Shown piece by piece: positions 1 through 10,532 of a stretch of DNA of 64,000 bases (its first letter is position 1; each line of letters begins with the position of its first letter). A program made the translations under genes and the position numbers. Origin of the DNA: an uncultured Actinomycetes bacterium. GTDB taxonomy: Bacteria; Actinomycetota; Acidimicrobiia; Acidimicrobiales; Ilumatobacteraceae. Location of the stretch: positions 1,627,919 to 1,691,918 of the forward strand of contig CAWGHJ010000003.1 of the NCBI GenBank assembly GCA_963822385.1. The letters are read 5' to 3'. The notes under the pieces are model-generated. The model was not told where the DNA came from. It was given only the letters and a program-made list of their open reading frames with translations, and did no database searches.

Positions 1-1
1 C

Positions 2-488
<487 letters not shown>

Positions 489-493
489 GCAGC

Positions 494-2425
494 ATGAGCT
501 CGTCACCGTCACCCACGCCGCGCATCGACCGGTTGCTCATCGCCAACCGAGGTGAGATCGCGCGGCGAATCATCCGAACGTGCCGCGCGCTGGCGATCAG
601 TCCCGTGGTCGTGTTCAGCGACGCCGACGCCGACGCGCCGTTCGTGCGCGAGGCCGACGACGGCCTACGACTGACCGGCAACACCGCGGCCGAGACCTAC
701 CTGCAGGGCGACCTCGTCATCCAGGCAGCGCTGCGGCTGGGCGCCCAAGCGGTGCACCCCGGCTACGGCTTCCTGTCCGAGAACGCCGAGTTCGCCCAGG
801 CGGTGCTCGACGCAGGGCTGTTGTGGGTCGGCCCTCCCCCGTCGGCGATCGCCGCCATGGGCTCGAAGATCGAAGCGAAGCGGCTCGCTCGCGAACACGG
901 CGTGCCGGTCGCCCCGGACAGCACGGTCGAGTCGCTCGACGAGATCGGCCTGCCCGCGCTGGTGAAGGCGTCGGCCGGCGGCGGCGGACGAGGGATGCGC
1001 ATCGTGCGCGATCCCCTCGAGATGGTCGAGGCCATCGCGTCGGCCGAGCGCGAGGCCGTGGCCTCGTTCGGCGACGGCACGGTGTTCGTCGAGCGGTACA
1101 TGGAGGACGCCCGTCACGTGGAGGTGCAGGTCTTCGCCGATTCCCACGGCAACGTCGTCGCCCTCGGCGAGCGCGACTGCACCATCCAGCGTCGCCACCA
1201 GAAGGTCGTCGAGGAGGCCCCATCACCTGCGGTCGGAGCCGAGCTGCGGGAGCGCATGTTCGCCGCTGCCATCGCCGCCGCCCGAGCCGTCGGCTACGTG
1301 GGCGCGGGCACCGTCGAGTTCATGCTCGACCGTGCCGGCACGTTCTCGTTCCTGGAGATGAACACCCGCCTGCAGGTCGAACATCCGGTCACCGAGATGG
1401 TCACCGGGCTCGACCTCGTGGCGCTGCAACTGTCGGTCGCCGAGGGCGCTCCGCTTCCCGATGCCGTGCTCGCGGGGGTGCCGACGAACGGCCACGCGAT
1501 CGAGGTGCGGTTGTGCACGGAGGACCCGTATCGGGGGTTCCTGCCCAGCTCAGGCGCATTCCACACGGTCTCGTTCCCCCACATTCCCGGGCTGCGGGTC
1601 GATTCGGCCGTCGAGTCCGGCTCGGTGGTGTCGCCCCACTACGACTCGATGGTCGCCAAGGTCATCGCCCACGGCACCACACGCGCCGAGGCGGCCCGCA
1701 AGGTGAAGGTCGCGCTGGAACGAGCCACCCTCACCGGACCGGTCACCAACCGCGCGCTGCTCATCGACCTGATGACGAGGCTGTGCGAAATCGACTCGCC
1801 AGGGTCGCTGGACGCTGCCGACGCACCGCAGGTCGACACCGGCTGGCTCGACCGCCAGGACCTCGGCGACGGCCCCCGCCCGACGGCCGCACAGGTGGCC
1901 GCGGCCGCGCTCGCGGTCGTGCGCACCGCGGCGGCGTCGCACCCGTTCCCCGTCGGCTGGCGCAACAACCCGTCGCAGCCGCACGTCCAGACCATCGGCG
2001 ATCACACGGTGTCGTACTCGTTCGATCGCGCCGAGCGATTGACGCACCTGGCCGTCGATGGCGAGTCGTTGCCCGTCGATGCGCATGGCCTCGACCTGAT
2101 CGCTCGCGTCGACACGACGATCGTCGGCGACACCGTGTTCGTCGGCGGCGGAATGTTCGCGCTCGCCGTGCCGCCACGCTTCACCGACCCCGACGACGCC
2201 GGCCGCGCCGGATCCACCATCGCACCCATGCCCGGCAAGGTGGTGCGCCTGCTGGTGGCCGTTGGCGACACGGTCGCAGCGGGCCAGGCGCTCCTCACCC
2301 TGGAGGCCATGAAGATGGAGCACCAGGTGGTGTCACCCACCGCGGGCATGGTGTCGGAGGTGTTCGTCTCCGCCGGCCAACAACTCGACCACGGCCAGCC
2401 GCTCGTCAAGGTCGACCCCGCATGA
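494..2425 (+). CDS. acyl-CoA carboxylase alpha subunit (biotin carboxylase + biotin carboxyl carrier domain)
   Basis: The N-terminus reads [18 protein letters not shown], followed by an ATP-grasp core ([24 protein letters not shown]). The C-terminal biotinylation motif is EAMKMEH. An alternative GTG start at 485 overlaps the upstream stop. Confidence 0.9.
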   Translation: MSSSPSPTPRIDRLLIANRGEIARRIIRTCRALAISPVVVFSDADADAPFVREADDGLRLTGNTAAETYLQGDLVIQAALRLGAQAVHPGYGFLSENAEFAQAVLDAGLLWVGPPPSAIAAMGSKIEAKRLAREHGVPVAPDSTVESLDEIGLPALVKASAGGGGRGMRIVRDPLEMVEAIASAEREAVASFGDGTVFVERYMEDARHVEVQVFADSHGNVVALGERDCTIQRRHQKVVEEAPSPAVGAELRERMFAAAIAAARAVGYVGAGTVEFMLDRAGTFSFLEMNTRLQVEHPVTEMVTGLDLVALQLSVAEGAPLPDAVLAGVPTNGHAIEVRLCTEDPYRGFLPSSGAFHTVSFPHIPGLRVDSAVESGSVVSPHYDSMVAKVIAHGTTRAEAARKVKVALERATLTGPVTNRALLIDLMTRLCEIDSPGSLDAADAPQVDTGWLDRQDLGDGPRPTAAQVAAAALAVVRTAAASHPFPVGWRNNPSQPHVQTIGDHTVSYSFDRAERLTHLAVDGESLPVDAHGLDLIARVDTTIVGDTVFVGGGMFALAVPPRFTDPDDAGRAGSTIAPMPGKVVRLLVAVGDTVAAGQALLTLEAMKMEHQVVSPTAGMVSEVFVSAGQQLDHGQPLVKVDPA

Positions 2426-2430
2426 CCGAC

Positions 2431-2455
2431 CGGCGCGAACTTGAGTTCCTGGTGA
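2431..2455 (-). repeat. solitary copy (inverted orientation) of the 26-bp GAAC-N4-GTTC repeat family
   Basis: cggcgcGAACTTGAGTTCctggtga lies in the 55-bp gap between the carboxylase and the AtuA-like gene. Its reverse complement matches the unit seen at 6220 and 15393. Confidence 0.7.
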
Positions 2456-2480
2456 CGGGCCTGAACGCACGAGGCCCGGC

Positions 2481-4274
2481 GTGACGACACGGCGGGCGGT
2501 GCGGATCGCGAACTGCAGCGGGTTCTTCGGCGACCGGTTGTCGGCGGCGAAGGAGATGGTCGAGGCCACGCTCGACGAGCACGGCGACATCGACGTGCTC
2601 ACCGGCGACTGGCTGGCGGAGTTGACCATGCTCATCCTGCACAAGCAGCGGGCCCGCAACGCCGAGCTCGGCTACGCGAGCACGTTCCTGATGCAGATGG
2701 AACAGGTGCTGGCCACGTGCAAGGAGCGCGGCATCAAGGTGGTCACCAACGCCGGCGGCCTGAACCCTGCCGGGTGCGCCCAGAAGGTGCGCGACATCGC
2801 CGCCAAGCTGGGGCTCGACGTGAAGGTCGCCCACGTGGAGGGCGACGATCTGCTCCCCCGCGTCGACGGCCTGCGCGACCAGCTGAACCACCTCGACACC
2901 GGCGCACCGCTCATCGGCGAGCCGATCACCGCCAACGCCTACCTCGGCGGCTGGGGCATCGCCGCCGCGCTGAAGGCCGGCGCCGACGTCGTGGTGTGCG
3001 GTCGAGTCACCGACGCGGCCATCGTGGTCGGCCCCGCGGCGTGGTGGCACGACTGGGCGGTCGACGACTGGGACCGCCTCGCCGGCGCGGTCGTGGCCGG
3101 GCACGTCATCGAGTGCGGCACGCAGGCCACGGGCGGCAACTACACGTGGTTCGACGAGATCCCCGACCCGTCGAAGCCGCTCGGCTTCCCCATCGCCGAG
3201 GTCGCGGCCGACGGTTCGTCGGTCATCACCAAGCATCCCGGCACCGGCGGCGTGGTCAACGTCGGCACGGTCACCGCACAGCTGCTGTACGAGATCGGTG
3301 GCGAGACCTACGCCAACCCCGACGTGGTCACCCACTTCGGTTCCATCCAGGTCGCCCAGGAGGGGACAGACCGCGTCCGCATCAGCGGTGTGCAGGGGTC
3401 GCCGGCACCGGCCACGGCGAAGGTGTGCCTGAACCTGGAGGGCGGGTTCCGCAACCGCATGTCGTTCGTGCTCACCGGGCTCCGGCAGGCCGAGAAGGCG
3501 GCGTGGGTCGAGCGAGCCCTGTTCGCCCGCCTCGGCGGCAAGGAGCGATTCGACGACGTCGACGTGCGCTTCGTGCCCGCCCCCAGTGACGCGCGCACCC
3601 AGGAAGAAGCCTCGGGCCGCCTGCACGTCACCGTGAAGAGCAAGGACGACCGGCTCGCCGGTCGCGGCTTCAGCTCGGCGTGCATCGAGCTCGCCCTCGC
3701 CAACTACCCCGGGTTCTTCGCCACCGGCGCACCGGGCGACGCACAGTCCTACGGCGTCTATTGGCCCGCGCTGGTCGACGTCGCCGAGATCGACGAGCGC
3801 GTCGTCCTGTGGGACGGTTCGTCGATCCGAGTGCCACACCACCAACCGAGTGCCACGCCATCCGATCGAGTGGCAGCGCTCCATCCGAGTGCCACGCAGC
3901 CATCCGAGTACTCACTCGCACCCGGGGTGGGAGTGAGCACTCCGACCCCCATCGGGCCGGCCGTCGGCGAACCGCTCGGCGCGCACTTCGCCGCCCGCTC
4001 GGGCGACAAGGGCGGCAACGCCAACGTGGGCATCTGGTCGCGCGACGAGGCCGGCTACGCCTGGCTGGCGGCCAACCTGACGGCCGAGAAGGTTCGTGAG
4101 CTGCTGCCGGAAGCGGCCGAGTTGCAAGTGCGGCGGGTGGAGTTGCCGAACATCCACGCACTCAACTTCGTGATCGTCGGCCTGCTCGGCGAAGGCGTCG
4201 CCAGCAGCACCGCGTTCGACGCGCAGGCGAAGGGCCTCGGCGAGTACCTGCTCAGCCGCGTCTGGCGCGACTAA
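2481..4274 (+). CDS. AtuA-like acyclic terpene utilisation family protein (DUF1446)
   Basis: The N-terminus VRIANCSGFFGDRLSAAKEMVE..DIDVLTGDWLAELTM and the C-terminal ARSGDKGGNANVGIW block fit my recollection of the DUF1446/AtuA family. The gene lies directly downstream of the carboxylase subunits. Confidence 0.7.
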   Translation: MTTRRAVRIANCSGFFGDRLSAAKEMVEATLDEHGDIDVLTGDWLAELTMLILHKQRARNAELGYASTFLMQMEQVLATCKERGIKVVTNAGGLNPAGCAQKVRDIAAKLGLDVKVAHVEGDDLLPRVDGLRDQLNHLDTGAPLIGEPITANAYLGGWGIAAALKAGADVVVCGRVTDAAIVVGPAAWWHDWAVDDWDRLAGAVVAGHVIECGTQATGGNYTWFDEIPDPSKPLGFPIAEVAADGSSVITKHPGTGGVVNVGTVTAQLLYEIGGETYANPDVVTHFGSIQVAQEGTDRVRISGVQGSPAPATAKVCLNLEGGFRNRMSFVLTGLRQAEKAAWVERALFARLGGKERFDDVDVRFVPAPSDARTQEEASGRLHVTVKSKDDRLAGRGFSSACIELALANYPGFFATGAPGDAQSYGVYWPALVDVAEIDERVVLWDGSSIRVPHHQPSATPSDRVAALHPSATQPSEYSLAPGVGVSTPTPIGPAVGEPLGAHFAARSGDKGGNANVGIWSRDEAGYAWLAANLTAEKVRELLPEAAELQVRRVELPNIHALNFVIVGLLGEGVASSTAFDAQAKGLGEYLLSRVWRD

Positions 4275-4305
4275 ACCTTTCGGCAGCGCCAACCGTCTGA
4301 GGGGT

Positions 4306-4806
4306 GTGATCCTCTCCAGCGTCGTCACCGAACCGAGGGACGCCATCGACTTCGACGAGTTCTTCCTCGCTCACCACACCCGCCTCGTCGCGTGTGCACT
4401 GGCGTTGACGAACGATCGCGAGCGCGCCCGAGATGCTGCGCAGGAGGCCCTCGGCCGCGCCTACCGCGACTGGTCGAAGGTGCAGCGCATGGACCACCCC
4501 GCCGCCTGGGTGCGGCGCGTGCTGGTGAATCTGCTCACCGACGAAGGCCGCCGCGACGCGCACCGCCGCGTCCAGCCGGCACCCGTCGAGGCCTGGCACG
4601 AGGACACACCGCCGTCGGACTCGTCGTTGCTCGAGGCCATTCGGCAGCTCCCCATCCGCCAGCGCACCGCCGTGGTCCTGCACTACCTCGACGACCTGCC
4701 CGTCGAGCAGGTGGCCGCCGCGATGGGTGTGGCCACCGGCACGGTGAAGGCCACCCTGCACCAGGCCCGGGCGACGCTGGCACGAGACCTGGAGGCCCCC
4801 CGATGA
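4306..4806 (+). CDS. ECF (sigma-70 family) RNA polymerase sigma factor
   Basis: Region 2-like sequence DAAQEALGRAYRDWSKV..PAAWVRRVLVNL. Region 4 HTH sequence LPIRQRTAVVLHYLDDLPVEQVAAAMGVATGTVKATLHQAR. GTG start after GAGGGG. Confidence 0.85.
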   Translation: MILSSVVTEPRDAIDFDEFFLAHHTRLVACALALTNDRERARDAAQEALGRAYRDWSKVQRMDHPAAWVRRVLVNLLTDEGRRDAHRRVQPAPVEAWHEDTPPSDSSLLEAIRQLPIRQRTAVVLHYLDDLPVEQVAAAMGVATGTVKATLHQARATLARDLEAPR

Positions 4807-6209
4807 ACGACCGGCTCGACACCGAACTCGCCGCGCTGCGCGATGCCCTGCACGCCGAAGCCCGCCACGATGCCCGCAGCGAGGACGCGCTCGCCGACGT
4901 GAAGGCCGGCGTCACCACGGTCACCCGGCCGCCCCGACGTCGACCCATGTGGGTCGCCGGTGCCGTGGTGCTGGCCGCGGCGGCCGCGGCAGTGGGAGTC
5001 GTCGTGCTGTCGAACGACGACCGCGACGGGGTCACCGTCCCCGTCACCGACCCGACCATCGCCACCACGGCCCCCGAGACCACCGCCGCGCCCGACACCA
5101 CGACTCCGCCCTCCACCGCGCTGCCCACCACGACCGACGTCGCGGTGCACACGACGGTGCCCGTGCCGTCGCAGTCGGTGACGAGCGTTCGGTCGATCTC
5201 GTTCAGCGACACCGACGGCGGCTGGGCCATCGTCGAGCAAGGAGAAGGACGACCGTCGCTGATTCGCACCGACATGCCCGGTCTCGCCGCGAACTGGGTG
5301 ATCGCCGACTCGCCCGCCCCGGCCGCCGACCTGATGGAGGTCAGGTTCGCCGATGCGCTGAACGGCTGGCTGATCGGTGCCCAGCGGTGGTGGTCCACGC
5401 ACGACGGTGGAGCCACCTGGAACGAGTTGCCGCTCGCCGACTCCGGCGATGCCCCGCTCGACGTGGTCGTGGCCGGCGGTTGGGCACTCGTCCTGCGGGC
5501 GGAGCAGTCCGATGCGGAACCGTTCGCCGTCCGGGTCTGGCGCAGTCCGATCGGGACCGACGACTTCCAGCCGACCGACGCCGTGCATCCGAAGGGTGCC
5601 GGCGGCAATGACGTTCAGCTGGCCGCCGCGTTCGACGGCACCGACGTGCTGCTCTCGTTCAACGACCGCGGCGGCTCCACCTTCCGGCTCCGTCCCGACG
5701 GATCGATGTCGGGCTGGATCACACCGGCGACCGGTCGCGGGGGCGACATCGTCCTCGAGTCGGCACCAGGAGGCGGCGCCGTGTGGGCGCTCTCCCAGAC
5801 CGGCGCATGGGGTGGCGACGCCGACCCGACGCAGGTGGTGTCCGTCGCCGCAGCCGAGGGTCAGGCGTTCCGAGACGTCGTGCTGCCCGAAACCGTGGAC
5901 CTCACCGACGTGGGCGTCCGTCTGTGCGGCCTCGGCCAGTTCGACGACGGCAGCACGGCACTGGTGATGTGCGACGTGAAGGGCGCCCGCCAGTACCGCT
6001 CGACCGACCTCGGCGCCACCTGGGAGTCGATCGGCACGGCCACCGGTGGGAACGAGGGCGACGAATGGTCGTGGGGCGGCGGCGCCTCGCCGCAGGGCCC
6101 GATGGTGCTGTCGGTCAGCCACACCAGCGCCGAGACGACGAACGTGAGCAACGGGATCTGGGCCATCGTCAACTCCACCGACGCTTGGCTGAGCATCCTC
6201 GGCGGCTGA
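4803..6209 (+). CDS. putative anti-sigma factor: single-pass membrane protein with Thr/Pro-rich linker and BNR/Asp-box beta-propeller-like ectodomain
   Basis: The ATG overlaps the sigma-factor stop (ATGA). The TM segment is WVAGAVVLAAAAAAVGVVVL, followed by a TTAPETTAAPDTTTPP linker. Asp-box motifs are WSTHDGGATW and RSTDLGATW. Confidence 0.6.
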   Translation: MNDRLDTELAALRDALHAEARHDARSEDALADVKAGVTTVTRPPRRRPMWVAGAVVLAAAAAAVGVVVLSNDDRDGVTVPVTDPTIATTAPETTAAPDTTTPPSTALPTTTDVAVHTTVPVPSQSVTSVRSISFSDTDGGWAIVEQGEGRPSLIRTDMPGLAANWVIADSPAPAADLMEVRFADALNGWLIGAQRWWSTHDGGATWNELPLADSGDAPLDVVVAGGWALVLRAEQSDAEPFAVRVWRSPIGTDDFQPTDAVHPKGAGGNDVQLAAAFDGTDVLLSFNDRGGSTFRLRPDGSMSGWITPATGRGGDIVLESAPGGGAVWALSQTGAWGGDADPTQVVSVAAAEGQAFRDVVLPETVDLTDVGVRLCGLGQFDDGSTALVMCDVKGARQYRSTDLGATWESIGTATGGNEGDEWSWGGGASPQGPMVLSVSHTSAETTNVSNGIWAIVNSTDAWLSILGG

Positions 6210-6219
6210 TGGAGCCGCC

Positions 6220-6283
6220 GAACGTAAGTTCGCGGTGTTCACCAGGAACTTGAGTTCGCGGTGTTCACCAGGAACTTGAGTTC
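6220..6283 (+). repeat. tandem array (3 boxes, 26-bp period) of the GAAC-N4-GTTC repeat family
   Basis: GAACGTAAGTTC (6220), GAACTTGAGTTC (6246) and GAACTTGAGTTC (6272) are each followed by gcggtgttcaccag. The array lies between convergent genes. Confidence 0.85.
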
Positions 6284-6300
6284 GCGCTGCGGGCCGACCG

Positions 6301-6990
<690 letters not shown>

Positions 6991-7030
6991 GGCCAACACT
7001 CTGGCAGAAGCACCCCGGCCTCCCGATTCT

Positions 7031-7069
7031 GTTACAGAAATCGCACACAACGAGTGGGGATCGGTCACA
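7031..7069. promoter_or_regulatory. candidate response-regulator binding site: three phased hexamers GTTACA / CGCACA / GTCACA
   Basis: The hexamers start at 7031, 7042 and 7064, offsets of 11 and 33 bp. They lie in the divergent regulator / STAS intergenic region, 41-79 bp upstream of the regulator start. Confidence 0.2.
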
Positions 7070-7207
7070 CACGAGGTCCAAGATCACTCCTGTTCACGCT
7101 GCTCTGGTGGGGTACCTTCCTCCCCCTGGTGCCCCACCGGCAGCGGAACCTGCGGGCAGCACCCGGCGTCCAACGCCACAACCCATCCAGACCACGGAGG
7201 TTGCGAC

Positions 7208-7564
7208 ATGCTGGCACCAGCGCTCACCGCTCACACCGATCTTCACCGGCATCACGTCGCCGTGACGGTCGCCGGGCCCCTGGCCACCGAGGACCACGCC
7301 GCTGCGCTGCAGGCGGCCTGCATGCCGCTCCCCCGCACCTACGGGCTGATCGTCAACCTCAGTGGCGTCACGGTCATCACCGAGGCGGGTCTGAAGGGGC
7401 TCCGCGCGTTGGCCACCGCGGTGCACGCCACCGGTCATCGCATCGCCTTCGTGTGCAGCGAACTGATCATGCGCGCCGAGCTCGTGCTCGCCGACCTCGA
7501 CACCATCGCACCCGTGCTGCAGGCCGACGAGCAGGCGTTCCCCATCGTCGGCTACGCCGCCTGA
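7208..7564 (+). CDS. STAS-domain protein (anti-sigma-factor antagonist-like)
   Basis: VAVTVAGPLATEDHAAALQ..IVNLSGVTVITEAGLKGLRALATAVHATGHRIAFVC is a typical SpoIIAA/STAS layout. Confidence 0.7.
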   Translation: MLAPALTAHTDLHRHHVAVTVAGPLATEDHAAALQAACMPLPRTYGLIVNLSGVTVITEAGLKGLRALATAVHATGHRIAFVCSELIMRAELVLADLDTIAPVLQADEQAFPIVGYAA

Positions 7565-7635
7565 TCACGGGCGACGCGGCCCGATCGACGCCACCTGATT
7601 CCAGCAACGGTGGCCCATCGGCCACACTGTGACCG

Positions 7636-9001
7636 ATGAACACGACGCGACGACGCCGCACCCTGCGCCTGCGCACGCGCGTCACGCTCTTCTTCTCGCT
7701 CACGTCGTTGGTGGCGGGCCTCGGTCTCGCCGTGGTCACCTACGCCGTGGCGAGGTCGTTCCTCATCGACCAACGTCAGCAGACCGCACAGACGCAGGCG
7801 TTCGCGAACGCGAAGACAGTGCGCGACCAGCTGCTCGTCGAGCAGGAGTTCGACGTCGCCACGCTGCGCACCGAGAGCGGCGGCTTCCCGGTGCTGGTGC
7901 TCGACGGAGTGCAGTACACCGCGGATGCCACGCTACTCGCTCGAGGCCTTCCCGCTCGAGCTGCGCCTCGCGGTCAGCCAGGGCGCGAGCGCGCAGCAAC
8001 GGTTCGAGTACCTCGGCGACCCGTACGTGGCAGTGGGCGTGAACATGCCGGCCGTCAATGCCGAGTACCTCGAGGCGTTCCCGATGGAGAGCACCCAACG
8101 CACCATCAGTCGCATCGCCACCGCGCTCCTCGTCGGCTCGGGCGTCACGATGGTGCTCGCCGGCTTCCTCGGCTGGTGGGCCAGCCGGCGACTGCTGCGG
8201 CCGCTGTCACGCGTCGCCACCGCCGCCGGGTCCATCGCCGCCGGCGGCCTGGACGCGCGCATGCCACCGGAGAACGACCCCGACCTCGACCGCCTGGCCC
8301 GCTCGTTCAACGACATGGCCGACGCGGTGCAGACCCGACTGGAACGCGAGGCCCGCTTCGCCAGCGACGTCAGCCACGAACTGCGCTCGCCCATCACCGC
8401 GCTCACCGCTGCCGTCGAAGTGCTCGACGGCCGACGCGACGACCTCCCCGACCGCACCCAGCAGGCGCTCGACGTGGTGGTCAGCCAGGTGCGTCGGTTC
8501 GACCACATGGTGATGGACCTGCTCGAGCTGTCGCGCATCGACGCCGGCAGCACCGAACTGCACCGTGAAGAGGTCGACGTGCGCGAACTCATCCCGCGCA
8601 TCGCCCAGCGGTACGGGTTCGGCGACGTGCCCATCGAGATCGACCCGAAGCTGGCGGCGGTCGTGAAGATCGACAAGCTGCGCTTCGAGCGCATCCTCGC
8701 CAACCTGCTCGAGAACGCCCGCGAGCACGGCGGCGGCCCCGTGCGCGTGTCGCTCGACCGGCAGGGTCGTGCGGCGATGGTGCTCGCGGTCGACGACGCC
8801 GGGCCCGGCGTCGCCCGAGGCGAGCGGTCGCGCATCTTCGAACGCTTCGCCCGCGGCAGCGCGGCACGCCATCGCGTCGGCACGGGGCTTGGGCTGTCGC
8901 TCGTCGCCGAGCACGCCCACGCGCACGGCGGCGAGGCCTGGGTGGAGGACCGCCCGGGCGGCGGTGCCCGTTTCAAGGTGAGCTTCCCGGAGGTGGTCTG
9001 A
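7636..9001 (+). pseudogene. sensor histidine kinase (MtrB-like), frameshifted near 7925-7933
   Basis: The N-terminal TM and sensor part is in the frame of 7636. From about 7930 the frame of 7925 carries a second TM, HAMP, H-box SHELRSPITAL, N-box LANLLENAREHG, DDAGPGV and GTGLGLSLV. Confidence 0.85.
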
Positions 9002-9666
9002 TGCGCGCTCGGTTGACGCTCCTCGCCGCGACGTTGGCGGGCGCTGCGGTGTCCTTCGGCGCATGCAGCGTGGTCGGCAACGGCAAGGTCGACACCGTCG
9101 ACCCGCCGTTCGGCCTGGACCAGACGCTGCCCAGCAGCACCACCATCGCCACGACCACCACCGAGTTGGCGACCACCACGACCGGGCTCGACACGAGCAC
9201 CACCGGGGTACCCACCGAGGCGGTGCGGCTGTACTACATCACCAGCGGGCAGCTGAACTTCATCCCCACGCCGCTGGCCGCGGGCCCGTCGCTCGGCCAG
9301 ATCGTCGCCGCGCTGCAGGCCGGTCCGATCGACAACGAGCTCGGTGTCGGGTTGCGCAACGCCGTCCCCGACGACGTCGAGATCAAGGCCAACGACAACA
9401 ACGCCGGTGTCGCCATCGTCGAGCTGCCGGACGGATTCTTCGACGGCATCCCTGCCGCCGACCAGCGCCTGGCCGCCGCGCAGTTGGTGCTGACGCTCAC
9501 CGACAGCCGTGGCATCGGGCAGGTGCAGTTCAACCAGGCCGTGCAGAAGCCGTCGGGCGCGCTGGCACCGGCGGGCGAGCTGCTGTCGCGCAGCGACTTC
9601 CTCGCGCTCGTCGAAGGCGCCACGCCGCCGAGCTCGTCGACCACGAGCACCACGACCGCCGGGTGA
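9001..9666 (+). CDS. GerMN-domain lipoprotein (LpqB-like position downstream of the kinase)
   Basis: The signal peptide has lipobox AAVSFGAC, followed by a Thr-rich linker. LYYITSGQLNFIP...LQAGP...GLRNAVP resembles the GerMN fold family. The start overlaps the kinase stop. Confidence 0.6.
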   Translation: MRARLTLLAATLAGAAVSFGACSVVGNGKVDTVDPPFGLDQTLPSSTTIATTTTELATTTTGLDTSTTGVPTEAVRLYYITSGQLNFIPTPLAAGPSLGQIVAALQAGPIDNELGVGLRNAVPDDVEIKANDNNAGVAIVELPDGFFDGIPAADQRLAAAQLVLTLTDSRGIGQVQFNQAVQKPSGALAPAGELLSRSDFLALVEGATPPSSSTTSTTTAG

Positions 9667-9692
9667 CGCACGCCGATAGCGTGAACCACCTC

Positions 9693-10532
9693 ATGCGCAG
9701 CGGATTCGTCACCCTGGTCGGCCGACCCAACGTCGGCAAGAGCACGTTGGTGAACGCGATGTGTGGCCACAAGGTCAGCATCGTCAGCGACAAGCCGCAG
9801 ACCACCCGCACCCGGGTGATGGGTGTGCACACCACGCCCGAGGCGCAGCTGGTGTTCGTCGACACCCCGGGCCTGCACAAGCCGGTCACCGCACTCGGCG
9901 AGCGGGTCAACGCCACCGCGCTCGACAGCGTCAACGACGTCGACGTCGTCTGCCTGGTCATCGACGCCACCAAGCCGTTCGGCAAGGGCGACCAGTGGGT
10001 CGCCAGCCACCTCGACCTGCCCAACGCCATCCTCATCCTCAACAAGATCGACGCGGTGAAGGACAACGAGGTCATGCGGCAGCTGACGATGGCCTCGTCG
10101 CTCGGTGCCGCCGAGTACTTCCCCGTGTCGGCCAAGAGCGGCAAGGGCATCCCCGAGCTGCTCGCGTTCCTCACCGCGAAGCTGCCCGAAGGACCGATGT
10201 ACTTCCCCGAGGAGACGGTCAGCGACCAACCCGAAGAGCTGTGGGTCGCCGAGCTGGTGCGCGAACAGCTGCTCGCCGTCACGCGCGACGAGCTGCCGTA
10301 CAGCATCGCCACTCGCGTCACCGAGTGGGAGTGGCCGCGCATCCGCGTCGAGATCCTGGTCGAGCGCGACAGCCAGAAGGGCATGGTCATCGGCAAGGGC
10401 GGTTCGGTGTTGAAGGAAGTCGGCCGCCTCGCCCGCGCCCAGCTGCCCGAGGGCGCGTTCCTCGAGCTGTTCGTGAAGGTCGACAAGGACTGGCAGCGCA
10501 AGCCCGACCGGGTCGAGCGCCTGGGGTACTGA
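9693..10532 (+). CDS. era: GTPase Era
   Basis: G1 GRPNVGKSTL, G3 DTPG, G4 NKID. The KH domain reads VERDSQKGMVIGKGGSVLKEVG. Confidence 0.95.
   Translation: MRSGFVTLVGRPNVGKSTLVNAMCGHKVSIVSDKPQTTRTRVMGVHTTPEAQLVFVDTPGLHKPVTALGERVNATALDSVNDVDVVCLVIDATKPFGKGDQWVASHLDLPNAILILNKIDAVKDNEVMRQLTMASSLGAAEYFPVSAKSGKGIPELLAFLTAKLPEGPMYFPEETVSDQPEELWVAELVREQLLAVTRDELPYSIATRVTEWEWPRIRVEILVERDSQKGMVIGKGGSVLKEVGRLARAQLPEGAFLELFVKVDKDWQRKPDRVERLGY

Noticed and set aside
6220-6283. CRISPR array (also considered for 15393-15482 and for the cassette-array repeats)
   Set aside because: The 26-bp units are directly adjacent, with no spacers. The cassette-array repeats are separated by 280-712 bp that each contain an ORF, far beyond spacer length. 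No cas genes are present.
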